A stretch of DNA of 39,207 bases, from assembly GCA_943354575.1 (NCBI GenBank), contig CALRCL010000003.1, positions 1-39,207 on the forward strand, given 5' to 3'. Position 1 is the stretch's first letter. The number at the start of each line of letters is the position of its first letter. Shown piece after piece: positions 35,213 through 39,207 of this stretch. The stretch comes from Patescibacteria group bacterium UBA4664. Its GTDB lineage: Bacteria; Patescibacteriota; Saccharimonadia; CAILAD01; BJGX01. The notes beneath the pieces were generated by a model. That model was not told the origin of the DNA. It was given only the letters and a program-made list of their open reading frames with translations, and made no database searches. Both the position numbers and the translations under genes were made by a program.

Positions 35213-35779
35213 ATGGATTTAGTGTATTCGCCATCTCGCAGTTCAATGATATTAAGAAGCGCTGTCAATATCCTATTTGGGGCGGTTATTATTCTGTTCC
35301 CAGGCATTAGTTTACTGGTAGTGGCAGTTGCCTTTGCAGTCAATTTATTGGTACTAGGGATGTTTATGATATTTGAACCGACCATCGATAACCAGAATAA
35401 ACATGCCGTCCTAACTGTTATGCTGGGTATTCTAACGGTCGGCGCAGGAGTCTATGTGCTGTCTCGACCACTAGCAGGAATCGCCGTACTAAGCCTACTC
35501 TTTGCCGCCTGGGCGCTACTTTATGGCATCATCGATCTTATGATCGGCTTGAGACTATCAGACTCAAAAAACAAGAGCAGCTGGGTATTTTTGCTAGCCG
35601 GGCTAATATCAGTAATCTTTGCAGTCTACTTGGCGTTTAATCCGCTCGAGGGCAGCCTAACACTATTATGGATAGTGGGCGTTTATTCGATAGCGATTGG
35701 TTTGGTGCTAGCCTTTGAAGTGGCCGCTAGCAATCGAGGTAAAAAGGCTATTAAGGCTGTCCCCAAAGGCAAAAAATAA
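35213..35779 (+). CDS. HdeD/DUF308 family membrane protein
   Basis: Six TM segments, ILFG...FPG, G......P, GLISVIF......P..G; AAGGAG SD; promoter TTAACA-18-TATAAT (35157-35186). Confidence 0.85.
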   Translation: MDLVYSPSRSSMILRSAVNILFGAVIILFPGISLLVVAVAFAVNLLVLGMFMIFEPTIDNQNKHAVLTVMLGILTVGAGVYVLSRPLAGIAVLSLLFAAWALLYGIIDLMIGLRLSDSKNKSSWVFLLAGLISVIFAVYLAFNPLEGSLTLLWIVGVYSIAIGLVLAFEVAASNRGKKAIKAVPKGKK

Positions 35780-36462
35780 TGGATCGAGCCGATGTTCAGA
35801 GCAAGGCAGCCGGAACATTTAGCGACTACCTTTCTGGAATATTTGCCTGGATGTTCGCTGGGCTTTCTGCTAGTGGGCTTGTCGGATATTTAATCGCCAA
35901 TAGCGGAGATAGCATTAAGGCGCTGTTCTTGAACCCAATATCATTTTTTGTGCTAATTATCGCTCAGTTCGGGCTTGTAATATTCTTGAGTGCGCGCATC
36001 ACCAAGCTATCTGCCAATGCAGCCCGTGCGCTGTTTATGGCCTACGCCGTTAGCGTCGGGGCGACACTATCGACAATATTCTTAGTGTATACATCGAGCT
36101 CCATAATGCGCGTCTTCTTTATTACTGGCAGTATGTTCTTGGTGATGGCAATAGTCGGATACCTGACAAAAGTCGATCTCAGCAAGTTTGGTGCTCTACT
36201 CATAATGGGCCTTGTTGGAATCATTATTGCTAGCGTTGTAAATATCTTTCTGGGCTCCGACTCACTCCAAATGATAGTTTCGTATTTGGGTGTCGGCATT
36301 TTCTTGGGCCTGACGGCCTATGATGTTCAGAAAATCAAAAAGCTATACGCCGAATTCGGAAGCGCCGGAAACCTCGCAATCTTGGGTGCTCTTAGTTTGT
36401 ACCTAGATTTTTTGAATCTTTTTCTGTTTTTACTGAGAATCTTCGGAGTGAGCAAAGATTAA
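35779..36462 (+). CDS. Bax inhibitor-1/YccA family membrane protein
   Basis: WM..GL, TKVDLS..G..L.MGL.G..IAS.VN.FL, F.GLTAYDVQKIK, ILGAL.LYLDF.NLFL.LLR. Confidence 0.93.
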   Translation: MDRADVQSKAAGTFSDYLSGIFAWMFAGLSASGLVGYLIANSGDSIKALFLNPISFFVLIIAQFGLVIFLSARITKLSANAARALFMAYAVSVGATLSTIFLVYTSSSIMRVFFITGSMFLVMAIVGYLTKVDLSKFGALLIMGLVGIIIASVVNIFLGSDSLQMIVSYLGVGIFLGLTAYDVQKIKKLYAEFGSAGNLAILGALSLYLDFLNLFLFLLRIFGVSKD

Positions 36463-36544
36463 AGTACTTAACCAGCTCAAAAAACTTGCATAATACATTA
36501 ATAAAGCATTACAATTAAAGATATTAATTTAAGGAGGAGTCATT

Positions 36545-37081
36545 ATGGAGATCGCAGTTTTACCATCGAAGAACGCAATATTAATAAGAGCAGCCCTGAA
36601 TATAGGTCTTGGAGCCATACTATTGATTTGGCCCGGAATCACACTATTGGTTTTGATCTATGCTTTTGCGCTGAACATACTACTGGTGGGGCTATCGACC
36701 CTTTTTGAGCCATCTTACGACAAATCCAGTAAGGGTTCTGTAGTGCACGTCTTATTGGGCATCGTAGGGATTGTAGCTGGCATATACCTAGTCGCAAGAC
36801 CAGAGCTAACAGCCGAAATAATTGCCCTACTTCTAGCTATGTGGGCCATAATTTTTGGTATCGTTGATATCTACCTTGGCTTCACAACCAAAGATGGTGG
36901 CGGCAACTTGTTATTTATCTTGGTAGGTATAGTTTCAGTGATATTTGGTATCTACGTACTAAATAGCCCATTGCAGACAATTCTAGATCTTGTGTATGTA
37001 ATTGGTATCTACTCTCTAATTGTTGGTGTAGTACTAGGCATCCTAGGCCTTGTCTTCTACCCAAAAACTAAGTCAAAATAA
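36545..37081 (+). CDS. HdeD/DUF308 family membrane protein (paralog of 35213-35779)
   Basis: Aligns by eye with the first copy (LIRAALNI.LG....WPGI.LL......A.N.L..G...FEP..D); AAGGAGG SD; promoter TTGCAT-18-TACAAT (36486-36515). Confidence 0.85.
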   Translation: MEIAVLPSKNAILIRAALNIGLGAILLIWPGITLLVLIYAFALNILLVGLSTLFEPSYDKSSKGSVVHVLLGIVGIVAGIYLVARPELTAEIIALLLAMWAIIFGIVDIYLGFTTKDGGGNLLFILVGIVSVIFGIYVLNSPLQTILDLVYVIGIYSLIVGVVLGILGLVFYPKTKSK

Positions 37082-37087
37082 TTTCTT

Positions 37088-38032
37088 ATGGCTGATAGTT
37101 TAAAAACAAAAATAGCACATTCTGGCTGGAACAGACTAGTCTTAGTTATACTAACGACTACTCTTGTTCTGGTCAGTTTTGCTACTGTCCTAAGAGACAA
37201 TTTCACTACCGGCGCAAAGAGTTATTTATTTTTAAAGGAATCGCAAGCTTTTGATAACATCTCGCAAATTGCTAAAAATGAAATCAGCAATAACTTGCCC
37301 GATAACATTAAAAACAACTTTGTAAAACGGGCAATCATTGCAAAGATTACGGATATTATAATAACACCCGAAAATGTAGCAAAGGTTGCCGAGCCAGGCA
37401 TTATAAGACTCTACACGGTAGCCGGCGAGGCTACAAAAATTGCCGACAAAAAGATTGTCTTTGATACGGCCACCTTTAAGTCGCAGGCCAAAGAATACCT
37501 ACCTGCGGTGGGGCTACCAAAAGGGCTAGCCGATACTACCTCAGAATTTGTAGGCTCAATACCCGACACAATCACAATACTAGATGTCGAAAATAACCCT
37601 AATTCGCCATTAGCAATACTAATAAAACTACAGTCGGCTTTTAAGGCCATCTCTACCGTTACCAGCGCCCTATGGTGGGCCGTGATAGCTAGCATCTTGG
37701 TTGTGCTGCTGCTAAATATTAAAAGCCTACGCAGGCTTCTCAAAACATACTATTTGGCTTTTGGTATTTCCGCCGCATTGGTACTTGGGTTGTCGTATGG
37801 TGGTCCTGCAATCACATCTGCCCTACTGCCAGCATCCACGCCCACCAATGCCCTAGTCAATAACCTAGTCAATAACTTCTGCCTGATGACTCAAGGCTAC
37901 GGCTGGATACTTTTATCGATTGCAGCTGCCACCCTTGCCATTAGCTGGCTAACGAACACTACGAAAGCTAAGCAAACCATTGCATCTGTTCAGCTAAAAG
38001 TATCAGACTTCAAGAAAAAGACTTTTTCTTAG
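37088..38032 (+). CDS. Hypothetical membrane protein
   Basis: 314-aa ORF with an N-terminal TM, a large loop and three C-terminal TMs; 6 nt downstream of the previous gene. Confidence 0.8.
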   Translation: MADSLKTKIAHSGWNRLVLVILTTTLVLVSFATVLRDNFTTGAKSYLFLKESQAFDNISQIAKNEISNNLPDNIKNNFVKRAIIAKITDIIITPENVAKVAEPGIIRLYTVAGEATKIADKKIVFDTATFKSQAKEYLPAVGLPKGLADTTSEFVGSIPDTITILDVENNPNSPLAILIKLQSAFKAISTVTSALWWAVIASILVVLLLNIKSLRRLLKTYYLAFGISAALVLGLSYGGPAITSALLPASTPTNALVNNLVNNFCLMTQGYGWILLSIAAATLAISWLTNTTKAKQTIASVQLKVSDFKKKTFS

Positions 38033-38040
38033 ATAGCAGG

Positions 38041-38541
38041 CTAGATTCCTAAATCTGAGAAGCTGTCGATATAAAGATTAAGGTCGTCCAGAAGAGGCTG
38101 GATGCTTTCGGTAAAGCTGCTGTTCGCCTCGGTAGTGTATGTTTGCCCATTATTGAGCGTGATGCTAATGGTATAACTAGGGCCCCCGATTAGGGGTTTT
38201 TGAGCATCCTGCTTGTTGGCCATTATTTTATCGATGACCGAATAATTATAAATGTCTTTTTGGAGCGCGCCAAACTTATCGGCCTGAAGGTTACAAGCTG
38301 TAGATGTGGCCTCGTTTGAGATTGTCTTGGTAACTGTAATGCTACAGCTCGTGCTAGTTAGCTCAAAAACCGTAGTCTGCTGAAACTCTGGCGATACCGG
38401 GCCCGAGTTGGTGGTTATGGTGATAGACCGCAGCTTGTGCGAGAAGCTGTTTTGGGCAATTAATAATATCCCGACTATTAGGGCGACGAATATAAGTATT
38501 CCGGTGATAAGTTTTTTGGCTGCTGAATAATTGTTTGGCAT
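38041..38541 (-). CDS. Hypothetical membrane-anchored exported protein
   Basis: ATG 38541 with AAAAGGAG SD; N-terminal TM; Ser/Thr-rich domain with a Cys pair. Confidence 0.75.
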   Translation of the reverse strand: MPNNYSAAKKLITGILIFVALIVGILLIAQNSFSHKLRSITITTNSGPVSPEFQQTTVFELTSTSCSITVTKTISNEATSTACNLQADKFGALQKDIYNYSVIDKIMANKQDAQKPLIGGPSYTISITLNNGQTYTTEANSSFTESIQPLLDDLNLYIDSFSDLGI

Positions 38542-38629
38542 TGTTTTCTCCTTTTTTATATCATAGCACCTTTCAAAAATAGTAAAATAGTACATTTATC
38601 TGTATCATGAAATTATATAAGGAGAACTA

Positions 38630-38998
38630 ATGAAAAAATTAAGCATTATAAACATCTGTGTTTCGCTACTGTTTTTAGCTATTGCCGTAATTGTACTAAT
38701 CGACTTGCTGGGGCTTCTTGACTCCTCGGTGATAATTTCTGAGTACTGGCCTGTGCTACTGGTTTTCATTGGACTCTTTACGATATCTCCCTCTAGGGCT
38801 AAGGGTAATGGTTTTTCGTTCGGTATTATGACTCTAGGGCTAATTTTTATGCTCCGAAACCTAGGCGTATTCAATACCCAGACAGGTAAAGTGATGCTTG
38901 TAATACTGCTAGCCTTGTGTGGTTTAGTAGTGCTGATATTCGCAACTTCCAAGAGTGGCGATAGCACCAAGCAAGACAAAAAAGATCTCTACTTCTAG
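38630..38998 (+). CDS. LiaF-TM/DUF5668-like membrane protein
   Basis: L..LG......I..YWPVLLVFIGL motif with four TMs; AAGGAG SD. Confidence 0.7.
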   Translation: MKKLSIINICVSLLFLAIAVIVLIDLLGLLDSSVIISEYWPVLLVFIGLFTISPSRAKGNGFSFGIMTLGLIFMLRNLGVFNTQTGKVMLVILLALCGLVVLIFATSKSGDSTKQDKKDLYF

Positions 38999-39207
38999 TC
39001 TTTAGTAATTGGCTGGCGGATAATTGTTCTTAGCCGACCAGTCTTGGTGCGTGTTGGGTCGCTCAAATATATACTATGGAGTCTCAGGGCGGGCTTAAAG
39101 CCTTTTTTATCTAAAAAGGCATTCAGCGTATCGGTAGCTTTTTGTTCATTCTTAAGCAATCCTGTGTGTAATACCTGTACGGAAGTTTTTTCTTGTAGCG
39201 ACGCGAT
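38995..39207 (-). CDS. GyrI-like small-molecule-binding domain protein (3' end only)
   Basis: Hand translation: ...VQVLHTG..KNE...DTLNAFL.KKG......HSIYLSDPTRTKTGRLRTIIRQPITKD*, matching the GyrI-like HEIYLSDP...L.TIIRQP signature. Confidence 0.8.
   Translation of the reverse strand: MASLQEKTSVQVLHTGLLKNEQKATDTLNAFLDKKGFKPALRLHSIYLSDPTRTKTGRLRTIIRQPITKD

Noticed and set aside
1249-35385. Many 60-230-aa ORFs overlapping long genes (e.g. 3407-4102, 7061-7753, 8688-9248, 18638-19078, 19296-19799)
   Set aside because: Antisense or alternative-frame shadows of clearly identified genes, with no recognisable motifs or start signals.
1-39207. CRISPR array, rRNA, tRNA, transposase, integrase, reverse transcriptase, or UGA recoding (code 25)
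   Set aside because: None seen on reading both strands. TGA terminates genes such as ftsK and rodZ at their expected ends.

Overview
Mostly housekeeping chromosomal DNA from a small-genome bacterium using genetic code 11 (TGA is used as a stop). Gene content and style suggest Patescibacteria/CPR, possibly Saccharibacteria-like; this is an inference. The minus strand carries a contracted version of the conserved block DHH-truB-rpsO-pnp-udg-rnj-ftsK-rodZ-yajQ-recA (recA runs off the window edge), then holA, mutM, polA, rpoD and dnaG. rpsT, murE, trhO, pyrH, dus, an LCP protein and a membrane-stress cluster (HdeD-YccA/BI-1-HdeD, LiaF-TM, GyrI-like) make up the rest of the core. Small accessory insertions lie between core genes. 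The most notable observations are: (1) an unrecognised, densely base-paired RNA candidate of about 250 nt at 11980-12226; (2) an O-antigen-ligase/TPR gene bracketed by a 29-bp direct repeat that overlaps the dnaG promoter; (3) -10 boxes 6-10 nt upstream of many start codons, implying leaderless translation, including a leaderless 11-codon uORF overlapping the mutM start; (4) a stand-alone nicotianamine-synthase-like gene next to dus; (5) an 820-aa helical-repeat protein with a caspase-fold His/Cys protease-like C-terminus; (6) two apparently related small membrane peptides; (7) loss of metal-ligand cysteines in DnaG and family-4 UDG; (8) long low-complexity extensions on RNase J, RecA and S20. 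I found no tRNA, rRNA, CRISPR array, transposase or integrase. All calls come from reading the sequence; no database searches were run.
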